A program made the position numbers and the translations under genes. Positions 1-9,544 of a DNA stretch of 32,000 bases are shown here, piece after piece (the first letter of the stretch is position 1; each line of letters begins with the position of its first letter). The notes under the pieces are model-generated. The model did not search any database. It was not told the DNA's origin and saw nothing but the letters and a program-made list of their open reading frames with translations. The DNA is from Wolbachia endosymbiont of Litomosoides sigmodontis (GTDB lineage: Bacteria > Pseudomonadota > Alphaproteobacteria > Rickettsiales > Anaplasmataceae). The stretch spans positions 150,001 through 182,000 of the forward strand of contig NZ_CP046577.1 in assembly GCF_013365435.1 (NCBI RefSeq), in the 5' to 3' direction.

Positions 1-50
1 CCCGCTCTATTATTTGAATTAATATTAAATCGTTTGTAGTTAAGGAAGTT

Positions 51-1478
51 ATGTCAACACCAATCACAGTTGCATATGGTGACGGCATCGGACCGGAGAT
101 TATGGAAGCGGTGCTGTCGATATTGCGTCAGGCAGAGGCAAAGATTTCAATAGATGTTATTGAAATAGGGGAGCGTATTTATAATAAGGAATGGTCCCAC
201 GGAATTTCTCCAAGTGGTTGGGAATCTATTGAAAGAACGAAGATATTGCTTAAGTCTCCAACAACAACTCCACAAGGTAAAGGGCACAAAAGCTTAAATG
301 TTGCGCTTAGAAAAAAGCTAGAGTTATATGCAAATATTAGACCATGCATTTCATATCATCCTGTTATAGAAAATAAATTCGATAAGTTTGATATTGTAAT
401 AATACGCGAAAATGAAGAGGACCTTTATACAGGAATGGAGCATAGACTCACCGGTGATTCCTACCAGTGCACCAAAATTATTACTAGATCTGGATCAGAA
501 AAAATATGTAGGTACGGTTTTGAGTATGCAAAAAGATATAATAGGGAGAAAATAACTTGTCTGACTAAAGATAACATAATGAAAATGACCGACGGCACTT
601 TCCATACAGCATTTGATTCTATTGCAAAAGAATACCCAGATATAAAGGCAGAACATTATATAGTTGATATTGGAATAGCACGTGTTGCCACAGAACCGGA
701 AAATTTTGATGTTATAGTAACTGAGAACTTATACGGAGATATATTGTCAGACATAGTAGCACAAACTTCAGGTTCTATAGGACTTGCTGGAAGTAGTAAT
801 ATAGGTAGTAAGTATGCAATGTTTGAAGCAGTTCATGGTTCTGCTCCTGATATTGCAGAAAAAAATATAGCTAATCCTTCTGGCCTTTTAAATGCTGCAG
901 TGCATATGTTGATCTATATAGATCAAGCAGATGTTGCAAAATTAGTTTACGATGCGTGGCTAAAGACTTTGGAGAGTGGGATACATACTGCTGATTTATA
1001 TAGAGAGAAAAGGAGTAAACGGAAAGTTGGTACAAAAGAGTTTGCAGAAGCTGTTATAGATAATCTAGGGAAGAAACCTGAAATATTACCTAGTCTTGTA
1101 ATTAGCAGTGGTGTGAGTAGTGAAATGAGTAAAATACAAAGTAACTTTGAACAAGACTATAAAGTTAGGAAATTGGTTGGTAGTGATATAACACTTGCTT
1201 GGGATGGATCAAGTAATTTTGATCAAATAGTAAAATTATTTGAATTAAGTAATCTGAAGGTTATAGCAATATATTCAAAAGGACTAGAGATTTGGCCTGG
1301 GTATTCAAAATCTTCGAGTGACCAAGTGACTTGCAGGTTTGTTGTAAATAATGAAAAGAAAATTATTACAAACAGTGATGTAAATGACCTGCTAATCAAA
1401 CTCGAAGAAAATAGATTTGATGTGGTGAGAATGGATAAGTTATATTTGTATGATGAAAAAAAGGGGTTTTTTTCTTGA
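51..1478 (+). CDS. icd: Isocitrate dehydrogenase (isocitrate/isopropylmalate dehydrogenase family, alphaproteobacterial long form)
   Basis: 475-aa ORF with the SD-like sequence aaggaag just upstream of the ATG. Family motifs are YGDGIGPEIM, SLNVALRKKLELYANIRPC, IIRENEEDLYTG, TENLYGDILSD and HGSAPDIAEKNIANPSG. About 135 extra C-terminal residues follow the dehydrogenase core. Confidence 0.9.
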   Translation: MSTPITVAYGDGIGPEIMEAVLSILRQAEAKISIDVIEIGERIYNKEWSHGISPSGWESIERTKILLKSPTTTPQGKGHKSLNVALRKKLELYANIRPCISYHPVIENKFDKFDIVIIRENEEDLYTGMEHRLTGDSYQCTKIITRSGSEKICRYGFEYAKRYNREKITCLTKDNIMKMTDGTFHTAFDSIAKEYPDIKAEHYIVDIGIARVATEPENFDVIVTENLYGDILSDIVAQTSGSIGLAGSSNIGSKYAMFEAVHGSAPDIAEKNIANPSGLLNAAVHMLIYIDQADVAKLVYDAWLKTLESGIHTADLYREKRSKRKVGTKEFAEAVIDNLGKKPEILPSLVISSGVSSEMSKIQSNFEQDYKVRKLVGSDITLAWDGSSNFDQIVKLFELSNLKVIAIYSKGLEIWPGYSKSSSDQVTCRFVVNNEKKIITNSDVNDLLIKLEENRFDVVRMDKLYLYDEKKGFFS

Positions 1479-2277
1479 ATTATTATAAAGAGCTTGGCCT
1501 CTTTTTTAAAGGAGCGGCATAAGAAATTGATATTTGTAAATCACTCTAATAAAAATAGAGACAATAATAGGTTTATATAGCTTCATCAAGCTGATGAAGA
1601 GCTGAAAAAATATATTAAACCTTTAGAACACTGTGGAACACATATATTAAAGTTAGTGTGGTGCTGAAGGTGAATTGATGTCTATAACTCAAAAAGTCAA
1701 AGACTTTTTGTTTGAAGAAGACTTAATTTATAAGGTCCAAGTTTAGATATCTTCAAAAAAGGGATGAAAATTAAAAAGTTCATGCAAAAACTGAATCAAT
1801 ATCAAGCAAAGCATACAATTATTCAATTATATTATTTTTTTAGGAAAAGGTAGGAGTGCTTTTGAAGAGGATAAAAAGATCTTGGCATTAGAATTCATGT
1901 TGCATAAAAAAATGTCTGAAAAGGAAGGTGCTTTACCTTTAGATCTATTAATTACCAATTGCTGTAGGCTGTTATTTACTATGTAGAATAGTAGCATTTG
2001 ATATTTTGTTTATGAATACGTTATTTATAAATTAGCGAATCTATTGTATGGCTAAGTTATAGAGATAGTGAAATTTTTATTGATGAATTGGGGAACAGAA
2101 TGATCTGTATTACACTAGACGATAAGCTCCTTTTTACTATCTTTATCGCTGTTTTTTCTGTTCTATTAGATATAGTATGGTTTATGAAAACTGTTAATGC
2201 AAATAATTATGCCTCTTGTCAGAAAGAGTTTTGCAGTAGAATATTACAGTATAGTATAAATTTTTAGCTCTAAGTGC

Positions 2278-2916
2278 ATGGATTTAGAAAAGATAGAATT
2301 GATATTTGAGAAATTTAAACAGTCGAATCCTATACCGAGAATAGAGCTGAGTTATACCAATCATTTTACATTACTGATTGCAATAATTCTGTCGGCACGT
2401 ACAACTGATGTGAGTGTTAATAAAATTACAAAAGAGCTGTTTGGCATCACTGATACACCAGAAAAGATGTTAAATCTCGGACAAAGTGGGCTTAAAAAAT
2501 ACATAAGCAGTATTGGTTTATATAATTCCAAAGCAAAAAACATAATTGAGCTCAGCGGGATATTGATTGAGCGATACAATAGTAAAGTGCCTGCTAATTT
2601 TGATGACTTAGTGTCTTTGCCAGGAGTTGGAAGAAAAAGCGCTAATGTATTCTTAAATACTGGATTTAGCATTCCAACATTGGCAGTTGATACTCATGTT
2701 TTTAGAGTAAGTAATAGAATTGGCCTTATAAAAGAAAAAGATGTATTCAAAACAGAGAAATCTCTTTTAGATGTAGTTCCAAAAAAATACCTACTCTATG
2801 CTCATCGCTGGCTAGTTTTACATGGTAGATATGTTTGCAGAGCACAAAAACCTTCGTGTGAAACGTGCATGATTCGTGATTTATGTGAATTTGAGTGTAA
2901 AAGTTATAAAATCTAG
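2278..2916 (+). CDS. nth: Endonuclease III (DNA glycosylase/AP lyase)
   Basis: 212-aa ORF. It has the helix-hairpin-helix motif LVSLPGVGRKSANVFL with the catalytic Lys, AVDTHVFRVSNRIG, and a C-terminal 4Fe-4S cluster motif C-x6-C-x2-C-x5-C (CRAQKPSCETCMIRDLC). Confidence 0.92.
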   Translation: MDLEKIELIFEKFKQSNPIPRIELSYTNHFTLLIAIILSARTTDVSVNKITKELFGITDTPEKMLNLGQSGLKKYISSIGLYNSKAKNIIELSGILIERYNSKVPANFDDLVSLPGVGRKSANVFLNTGFSIPTLAVDTHVFRVSNRIGLIKEKDVFKTEKSLLDVVPKKYLLYAHRWLVLHGRYVCRAQKPSCETCMIRDLCEFECKSYKI

Positions 2917-3013
2917 TATTCTTTTTCTTACTTATCTGAGTAGTTTATAAAACCTTGCTGAAAAACTACTTGGCAAATTTTGTCAATTTCCTTACCATGA
3001 GATTGAAGGTATT

Positions 3014-3872
3014 TATACTCAATTCTCTCACTACCTTATACAAGGAACAGATGAATAATAATGAAAAAGAAACCTTAATGAAGCAAGTAAAATAGCGAAG
3101 TTTAAATGGTATTGAAGTCAAAATTATTGGATAAAAAAAGTTGTGGAATCAGCAAAAGAAGTGCTGAAAAAAAAGTGTGTGAGAGGTACTGTGTAACAGC
3201 CGTAGCAAAAGTATGTTGCATTTCGGAACAACACTAATATTCAAAAAATGAAGTTTTCGTATATTACACCAAGGTCAATTCATAAATAAATAAGATAAAG
3301 GTAGATAAGAAAAGTTTAAAAGCTTAATAAGGATATTGATAAATATTCTGAATAAGAGTTATTCATTTTTAATGAATTGCAGTTTAGCACATGTTTGAAA
3401 ATTGTACATGTAGTTTAAAAAGGGTGTTAGAACATAGGTTAAAGTAAAAAATTGGGTAGATAAGATTTTTGTTTCTAAAGTACAGTTAATCTTTTAGGAA
3501 TGGAGAGAATTCTAACTTATTGCTCTGAAATGGTCAGTACTAATTGTATGAATGTATTTCTTGAGTAAATGTCACAATATTTAAGAATAAGAGAAGACTT
3601 TCTTGTCAGAGATTATTCTAGTTAGAATAAGTCAAAAATTTAAAGGTGCCTAAAAATATAGAGATTATATACCACATCATATTCACCTGAGCTCAGTCTT
3701 ATTAAGAGACTTTAGTTGTATATGAAGTAGAACATTTTGAGTAATAAAGTCTATAATACAATTGTTTGCTTGAGGGTGCTTGTGCAAATTTATTACTTCT
3801 CCTTGCTTACTCAGCAATTGAATAGCTTTGCAATATTACTTATTTGATTCATTACCAATGAGAATTGGTATT
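3014..3872 (+). mobile_element. Degraded IS630/Tc1-mariner-family IS copy A1, with a ~170-bp internal deletion and multiple stops
   Basis: The ends are tatactcaattctctcac... and ...caatgagaattggtat, which are inverted relative to each other. Broken reading frames give transposase-like pieces (MKKKP..., KFSYITPRSIHK.., FFNELQF, ...LRNKVYNTI-type tail). It aligns by eye with the copies at 14.8, 16.3, 19.0, 23.8 and 28.0 kb. Confidence 0.75.
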
Positions 3873-3874
3873 AT

Positions 3875-4340
3875 CAGTAGTCTCATTAATTTTTTTTAAC
3901 TCTTTCTGTCTAATTTTATTTAGTTCATTATGAATTGATCTTGGCGCAATATACAAAAACTTCTAGGGGATTCTTCTTATCCTCATTTCTTTCTTGGTAA
4001 TATTAAGGCTTTCTTGTATTCGTACTTCAATTTATTCAAATTGACTCTGATTCAATTTAGTTTTTCTACGAAATTGAAGATGGATCAAACAATTTTTCTT
4101 CTCTTTCAAATTTTAGGTGTTTTGTCTATGCAGTTAGTGCATATTCTTGAAATGCAACATATTTTTGCTATAATTACAGCATTTAATTTTTTTGTAACTC
4201 TTTTGCTGATTGCACGATTTTTTCGTCCATTAATTTTAATGCTATTTTAACCTTGCTATTTTACTTACTTCGGTATGACTTCTTTTTCATTATTGTCTGT
4301 CTGTTCCTTGATACAGTAGGAATTGATATAGTAACTTCTA
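3875..4340 (-). mobile_element. Partial IS630-family copy A2: the 5' (N-terminal) half only, abutting the 3' end of copy A1
   Basis: It aligns with the inner half of the 14837-15840 copy, from ...agtctcattaa to the terminal ...gtaggaattgatata. The C-terminal half is missing exactly where A1 ends. Confidence 0.7.
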
Positions 4341-4414
4341 TCACAGGATTCTTTTGCCTTTTTCTTGTTTGTTAAATTTCTTGATATTTATAGCTACAAT
4401 GCGTGAAATGAAAT

Positions 4415-4628
4415 CACAGTATCAGATACTCGGATGACAGAAGGAGGGTACTGAGGTAACAGAAAAAGAAGCTGAAATAAACACCAGGCGGACTAAAGTT
4501 ATAGTGTATGTACATCTATACGCTTGACACTGGGATCGAGTTATCCGTATTATCTCATAAAAATCTATCACATTTACCTGTGACAAGTCTATTAGTATCA
4601 CATACTAGAATGACATCAGTGTGCGTGT
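4415..4628. repeat. Cluster of short palindromic-repeat fragments (Wolbachia/Rickettsia palindromic-element-like) upstream of miaB
   Basis: The motifs are cacagtatcagatactcggatgacag (4415-4440), cgcttgacactgggatc (4521-4537) and agaatgacatcagtgtg (4608-4624). The first shares a tatcagat.ct..gatga core with a segment inside ileS at 6921-6940. Confidence 0.4.
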
Positions 4629-4685
4629 TTAGACATTTATGTATAGAGTGAAGAAATTAAAAAAAACGTACCAAATGATAAAAGT

Positions 4686-6014
4686 ATGAAAGGCCTGTAC
4701 ATTAAAACTTACGGCTGTCAAATGAACATTTATGACTCCGTTTTAATGGAAAATATAATTAAACCTCTGGGGTTTAACGTTGTTAGTGATCCTGAAAAAG
4801 CTGATTTGGTGATACTTAATACCTGTCATGTTAGGGAAAAAGCAGCAGAAAAACTTTATTCTGAGCTTGGGAAAATTCATTCATTACAAAAAAATAAAAA
4901 AATTACTATAGTGGTAGCGGGATGTGTTGCTCAGGCAGAGGGAGAAGAAGTATTTAGGAGAGCTCCTTTTGTTGATATTGTTGTTGGACCACAGAGCATA
5001 GCTACCCTGTCAGAGCTGATAGTTAAAGCAAGTAGGAATAAAGGCCATGTAATAAATATTGATTTTCCTGAGATTGTGAAATTTGATAGATTACAGGATG
5101 AGTGTTACGGTAGTAGCCAAGGATCTTCTGCATTTCTTTCCATACAAGAAGGTTGTGATAAGTTTTGTACATTTTGTGTGGTACCGTATACTCGTGGGGC
5201 TGAATATTCGCGTCCAGTAAATGAAATATTTCGCGAAGCATTGAAATTAGTTGCAAGTGGGGCAAGGGAAATCAATTTACTTGGTCAGAATGTCAATGCT
5301 TATCATAGAGAATGCAAAGGGGAAGTATGGGATTTAGGAAAGTTAATTAGTCATATTGCAAAAATTGAAAAATTAGAAAGGATTCGCTATACAACTTCTC
5401 ACCCAAGAGATATGCATGAGTCTCTTTACTTGGTACATTCGGAAGTACCAAAACTCATGCCATTTATTCATCTGCCTGTACAGTCAGGTTCAAATAAAAT
5501 ATTGCGTGCGATGAACAGAAAGCACACTGTAGAGGAGTATTTGGAAGTAATAGAAAGGTTTCGCAAATTGAAACCAGAAATCGAATTTTCTTCTGACTTT
5601 ATTGTTGGTTTCCCTGGGGAAACTGAAAAAGATTTTGAAGAGACTATAAAATTAGTGAAAAGAGTGAAGTATGCTCAGGCTTATAGCTTTAAATACAGTA
5701 CAAGGCCAGGTACACCAGGGGCAGAAAGAAAAGATCAAGTACCAGAAGAGGTTAAAACAGAACGACTCCTTCGTTTACAGAAATTAATTAGTAAGCAACA
5801 GCTTGACTTTAATCAGAGCATGGTAGGTAAAACTATACCTGTTCTATTTAGCAATAAAAAAGGTAAATACCAAAATCAAATTATTGGTAAAAGTCCATAT
5901 ATGCAATCAGTGTGCATTGATGATCCTGAAAATAAATATAGAGACAAGATAGTAAATGTAAAGGTATTAGAAGCTTGGCAAAATAGCTTATTAGGGTGTG
6001 AATTACAGGAATGA
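4686..6014 (+). CDS. miaB: tRNA-i6A37 methylthiotransferase MiaB (radical SAM)
   Basis: 442-aa ORF. It has the N-terminal MTTase motif [10 protein letters not shown], the radical-SAM motif [15 protein letters not shown] (CxxxCxxC) and a C-terminal TRAM-like region. Confidence 0.92.
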   Translation: MKGLYIKTYGCQMNIYDSVLMENIIKPLGFNVVSDPEKADLVILNTCHVREKAAEKLYSELGKIHSLQKNKKITIVVAGCVAQAEGEEVFRRAPFVDIVVGPQSIATLSELIVKASRNKGHVINIDFPEIVKFDRLQDECYGSSQGSSAFLSIQEGCDKFCTFCVVPYTRGAEYSRPVNEIFREALKLVASGAREINLLGQNVNAYHRECKGEVWDLGKLISHIAKIEKLERIRYTTSHPRDMHESLYLVHSEVPKLMPFIHLPVQSGSNKILRAMNRKHTVEEYLEVIERFRKLKPEIEFSSDFIVGFPGETEKDFEETIKLVKRVKYAQAYSFKYSTRPGTPGAERKDQVPEEVKTERLLRLQKLISKQQLDFNQSMVGKTIPVLFSNKKGKYQNQIIGKSPYMQSVCIDDPENKYRDKIVNVKVLEAWQNSLLGCELQE

Positions 6015-6070
6015 ATTTGTTTTTGAATTTGTGATTTTCTAGAAAGTTATATACTCTTTAGTTTTAAATA

Positions 6071-9000
6071 GTGAGCATGAAGCTAAAGCATTACCCTGCT
6101 ACAATAAACTGCCCTGATTTTTCATCCTTAGAAAAGGAAATCATAAAATTTTGGCGGGAAAATAAAATTTTTGAGCTGTCAGTTCAGAGGCGTTCTAAGG
6201 ATAACTGTTTTGTCTTTTACGATGGACCTCCATTTGCAAATGGACTTCCGCATTATGGGCATTTACTTACTGGTTTCATAAAGGATACATTTGCAAGATA
6301 TCAAACTATGCTTCAAAGAAAGGTTGAACGTAGATTTGGTTGGGATTGTCATGGACTGCCAGCTGAGATGGGAGCGGAAAAGGAACTTAAAATATCTGGT
6401 AGAACTGAAGTAGAAAAATTTGGCATTGAAAAATTCAATAACTATTGCCGTACTTCTGTGATGAAATTTTCATCAAAATGGGAAAAGTATGTAAATAGGC
6501 AGGCAAGATGGGTAGATTTTCATAATGACTACAAGACCATGGATAAGTCGTTCATGGAGTCAGTCATGTGGGCGTTTAAGCAGCTTTATGATAAAGGTTT
6601 AGTATATGAATCGCTGCGCGTTGTTCCATATAGTTGGGCATGTGAAACTCCATTGTCTAATTTTGAAACAAGGCTTGATAATGCATATAGAGAAAAGCTT
6701 AGTAAGGCTGTAACTGTTGCATTTGAGCTTTTAGAAAATCCACGGCAGTTTAAACAAAAATGTAAATTGCTTGCTTGGACTACAACTCCTTGGACGTTGC
6801 CGAGTAACTTGGCTTTAGCAATAGGAGAAAATATTGAGTATTGTGCAGTATTAGTCTACTCTTTGGTCTCATTCCAGCATCACACACTGGAACCCAAAGA
6901 AAAGGAAACCTGGATCTCAATATCAGATGCTAAGATGATGAAAAAAGGAATTACTGAAATGAGAGCAGAGGACAATGAAAGAAGTCTAATAAATAATGAG
7001 GTATATATTTTTTCTAAAGACTACCTAGAAAAATTTATTGTTTATTGTAAACAAAACAATATTTTATATAAAAACTGCAATATAAAACTTAGAGCAAATG
7101 ATCTGGCAGGTCTTTCTTATAAGCCACTGTTCTCTTATTTTAAAGATACGAAGAATGCATTCCGTGTTTTCATTGCTGATTATGTTACAGGAGAAGATGG
7201 TACTGGCGTTGTACATATTGCTCCTGGGTTCGGCGAAGAAGATTTTTACTTGTGTCAGAGCCATGATATTTCAGCCATTTGTCCAATTGATCACAGTGGA
7301 AGATTTACTACTGAAGTTTCAGATTTAACGGGAATTCATGTTTTTGATGCTAATGATGCAGTAATAAAGAAGTTAAAAGAGCAAGGGAATTGGTTCAAAA
7401 CCGAACAATATATACATAATTATCCCTATTGCTGGAGGACTGATACTCCCTTGATCTATCGTACTATGCCTTCTTGGTACGTTGCTGTGACAAAGTTCAA
7501 GAAGAGAATGACTGAATTGAATAAGAGAGTTAATTGGATGCCGAGCCATATAAGAGATGGTCAATTTGGAAAATGGCTTGAAGAAGCACACGATTGGTCA
7601 ATTTCTCGCAACCGATTTTGGGGTACGCCAATTCCTGTATGGAAATCTGATGATGCAAAATATCCAAGGATAGATGTATATGGTTCAATAGCAGAATTAG
7701 AAAGAGATTTTGATGTTAAAGTGGATGATTTACATAGGCCATTTATCGATTCTTTAACAAGACCAAATCCTAATGATCCAACAGGAAAATCAATTATGCG
7801 TCGTGTATCTGACGTATTTGATTGTTGGTTTGAATCTGCCTCGATGCCATTTGCACAAGTTCACTATCCGTTTGAAAATAGAGAATGGTTTGAGGATAAT
7901 TTCCCCGCAGACTTTGTCACTGAATATATAGCCCAAACAAGAGGGTGGTTTTATACGCTTTTTGTATTATCCACTGCTTTATTTGACAGTGAACCATTTA
8001 AAAATTGCATATGCCACGGTGTAGTTCTTGATGTAAAAGGACAAAAACTATCTAAACGTCTAAATAATTATGCAGACCCGATGGAAGTTTTTGATAAATA
8101 TGGTTCTGATGCACTGCGTTTTCTTATGCTTTCTGGATCTATTGTTTATGGAGGCAATTTATTGCTTGATAAAGAAGGAAATCTAGTACGAGATGTTCTG
8201 AAAAATGTAATAAAACCTATTTGGAACAGTTATCACTTTTTTACCATGTATGCCAATGCAGACGGAATTAAAGCTGAGATTTGTAAGGACTATAAGAATA
8301 CTATTGATTCCTACATGATTTCCAAATGCTTTGAGGCTGTGGAACGTATCAAAGCTTCTATGAGCGATTATAATTCGCAAGAAGCTTGTAAGGTTCTGGT
8401 AGATTTTTTTGAAGTGTTAAATAATTGGTATATTCGTCGCAGTCGTGAGCGTTTTTGGAAAAGTAATTTAGATCAAGATAAAACTGATGCTTATAATGTT
8501 CTATATACGGTTTTTTATTACATATTAAGAGCTGCTGCTCCTTTATTGCCGCTTATAGCAGAGACTATATGGCAGGGACTTAAGTATAAAGAAATATCTG
8601 TTCATTTAGCTGATTTTCCACAATTAGAGAGATATGATAGTGAACTTATTGTCAAGATGGATTTAGTAAAAGAAATATGCAACTCTGCATTATCTATTAG
8701 AAACACTTTTAATATACGTGTTAGACAGCCACTTAGCAGCATGATCATTTATCATCAATCTTCCTGCAATTTTCTTAAAAGGAAACTGCTTTCTGTTGTC
8801 ATTCCAAAATTCTCTCATGTTACCCAGATGTGTGATGCTAAGATCAAGAAAGAGTGGGAATGGTCAAACAATGAAATGACACCAAGCATGAATGAGTACC
8901 AAGAAATGATAAAAGATGAAGTAAATGTAAAGGAAATAGAATTAGTAAATAGTCTTGAAGGTATTGCATCGTTGGAGTTGAAATTAAATTTTCCTATGCT

Positions 9001-9484
9001 TGGGAAAAGAATTCCAGATAAGGTCAAGAAACTAGTTCAATATGTCAAAGAAGGGAAATGGAAGCAAATTGATAATGAAAAAGTATTTTTAGGTAATGAG
9101 TTGGAAAGCTACATTATAGAAAAAGGCGAATATGAGCTATTATTAAAGACGAACAGTGAATATTCCTCTGTATTTGATAATAACAAAGGAATTGTTATCT
9201 TAAATACTGCCTTAGATGATGCACTGGTCCTAGAGGGGCTTGCAAGGGATGTTATAAGACTCATTCAGGAGACCAGAAAGCAAGCTGACTTTCATATATC
9301 GGATAGGATCAAAGTAATAATCAAAACCGAAGATGAGAAAATTAAAAGAGCAATAAATATGTGGGGTAAATATATAAAAGAGCAGACTCTTTCTTTATCT
9401 TTAGAAATTAATATAGAAATTGGAGCTAACTTTCATTCTAAAGAATACCGGGATTTAATTATTGGTATTGAGTTAAATTGTTAA
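6071..9484 (+). CDS. ileS: Isoleucyl-tRNA synthetase, type 2 (eukaryote-like) form
   Basis: 1137-aa ORF. It has the HIGH-type motif PHYGHLLTG, the KMSKS-type motif KLSKRL, and WTTTPWTLPSN in the editing domain. The start is either GTG at 6071 or ATG at 6077. Confidence 0.93.
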   Translation: MSMKLKHYPATINCPDFSSLEKEIIKFWRENKIFELSVQRRSKDNCFVFYDGPPFANGLPHYGHLLTGFIKDTFARYQTMLQRKVERRFGWDCHGLPAEMGAEKELKISGRTEVEKFGIEKFNNYCRTSVMKFSSKWEKYVNRQARWVDFHNDYKTMDKSFMESVMWAFKQLYDKGLVYESLRVVPYSWACETPLSNFETRLDNAYREKLSKAVTVAFELLENPRQFKQKCKLLAWTTTPWTLPSNLALAIGENIEYCAVLVYSLVSFQHHTLEPKEKETWISISDAKMMKKGITEMRAEDNERSLINNEVYIFSKDYLEKFIVYCKQNNILYKNCNIKLRANDLAGLSYKPLFSYFKDTKNAFRVFIADYVTGEDGTGVVHIAPGFGEEDFYLCQSHDISAICPIDHSGRFTTEVSDLTGIHVFDANDAVIKKLKEQGNWFKTEQYIHNYPYCWRTDTPLIYRTMPSWYVAVTKFKKRMTELNKRVNWMPSHIRDGQFGKWLEEAHDWSISRNRFWGTPIPVWKSDDAKYPRIDVYGSIAELERDFDVKVDDLHRPFIDSLTRPNPNDPTGKSIMRRVSDVFDCWFESASMPFAQVHYPFENREWFEDNFPADFVTEYIAQTRGWFYTLFVLSTALFDSEPFKNCICHGVVLDVKGQKLSKRLNNYADPMEVFDKYGSDALRFLMLSGSIVYGGNLLLDKEGNLVRDVLKNVIKPIWNSYHFFTMYANADGIKAEICKDYKNTIDSYMISKCFEAVERIKASMSDYNSQEACKVLVDFFEVLNNWYIRRSRERFWKSNLDQDKTDAYNVLYTVFYYILRAAAPLLPLIAETIWQGLKYKEISVHLADFPQLERYDSELIVKMDLVKEICNSALSIRNTFNIRVRQPLSSMIIYHQSSCNFLKRKLLSVVIPKFSHVTQMCDAKIKKEWEWSNNEMTPSMNEYQEMIKDEVNVKEIELVNSLEGIASLELKLNFPMLGKRIPDKVKKLVQYVKEGKWKQIDNEKVFLGNELESYIIEKGEYELLLKTNSEYSSVFDNNKGIVILNTALDDALVLEGLARDVIRLIQETRKQADFHISDRIKVIIKTEDEKIKRAINMWGKYIKEQTLSLSLEINIEIGANFHSKEYRDLIIGIELNC
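6866..6945. repeat. Imperfect palindromic repeat-like segment lying in frame inside ileS (CP1/editing region)
   Basis: The sequence is tcattccagcatcacacactggaaccc ... cctggatctcaatatcagatgctaagatgatga, and the two halves are an imperfect reverse complement. It encodes SFQHHTLEPKEKETWISISDAKMM. Its tatcagatgctaagatga core resembles intergenic 4418-4438 and ileS 8831-8850. Confidence 0.4.
8795..8885. repeat. Second repeat-like in-frame segment inside ileS (C-terminal region)
   Basis: It shares ordered motifs with 6866-6945: tcattcca at 8799-8806 and gatgctaagat at 8834-8844. It is flanked by tgtcattcc ... gaaatgaca. It encodes VVIPKFSHVTQMCDAKIKKEWEWSNNEMTPS just before the conserved NVKEIELV block. 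Confidence 0.3.
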
Positions 9485-9544
9485 TAGTTGCGAATTATCA
9501 GCATTTATGCTATACTTAAGGTAGGTGTAGTAAAGTGATATAAT

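Noticed and set aside
1581-1599. Hairpin cttcatca-agc-tgatgaag downstream of icd
   Set aside because: It is about 100 bp past the icd stop and is followed by an A-run rather than a T-run on the plus strand, so it is not a convincing intrinsic terminator.
2361-2672. 103-aa ORF antisense to nth. Similar antisense or overlapping ORFs occur inside miaB (5023-5265), ileS (7064-7264, 7098-7328, 7373-7591, 8183-8380, 8815-9027) and the 883-aa gene (10525-10770, 11109-11321, 11494-11688). More lie in alaS (14374-14565), gpmI (21114-21311), the CDF gene (23131-23403), pyrB (27666-27983), the 424-aa gene (29966-30280) and nadK (30889-31128).
   Set aside because: All are embedded in well-supported genes on the other strand or in another frame. 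They have no motifs and their composition is typical of shadow ORFs in AT-rich DNA.
4014-4250. 78-aa ORF
   Set aside because: It lies entirely inside IS fragment A2, antisense to the transposase remnant, and has AT-rich, Phe/Leu-biased composition.
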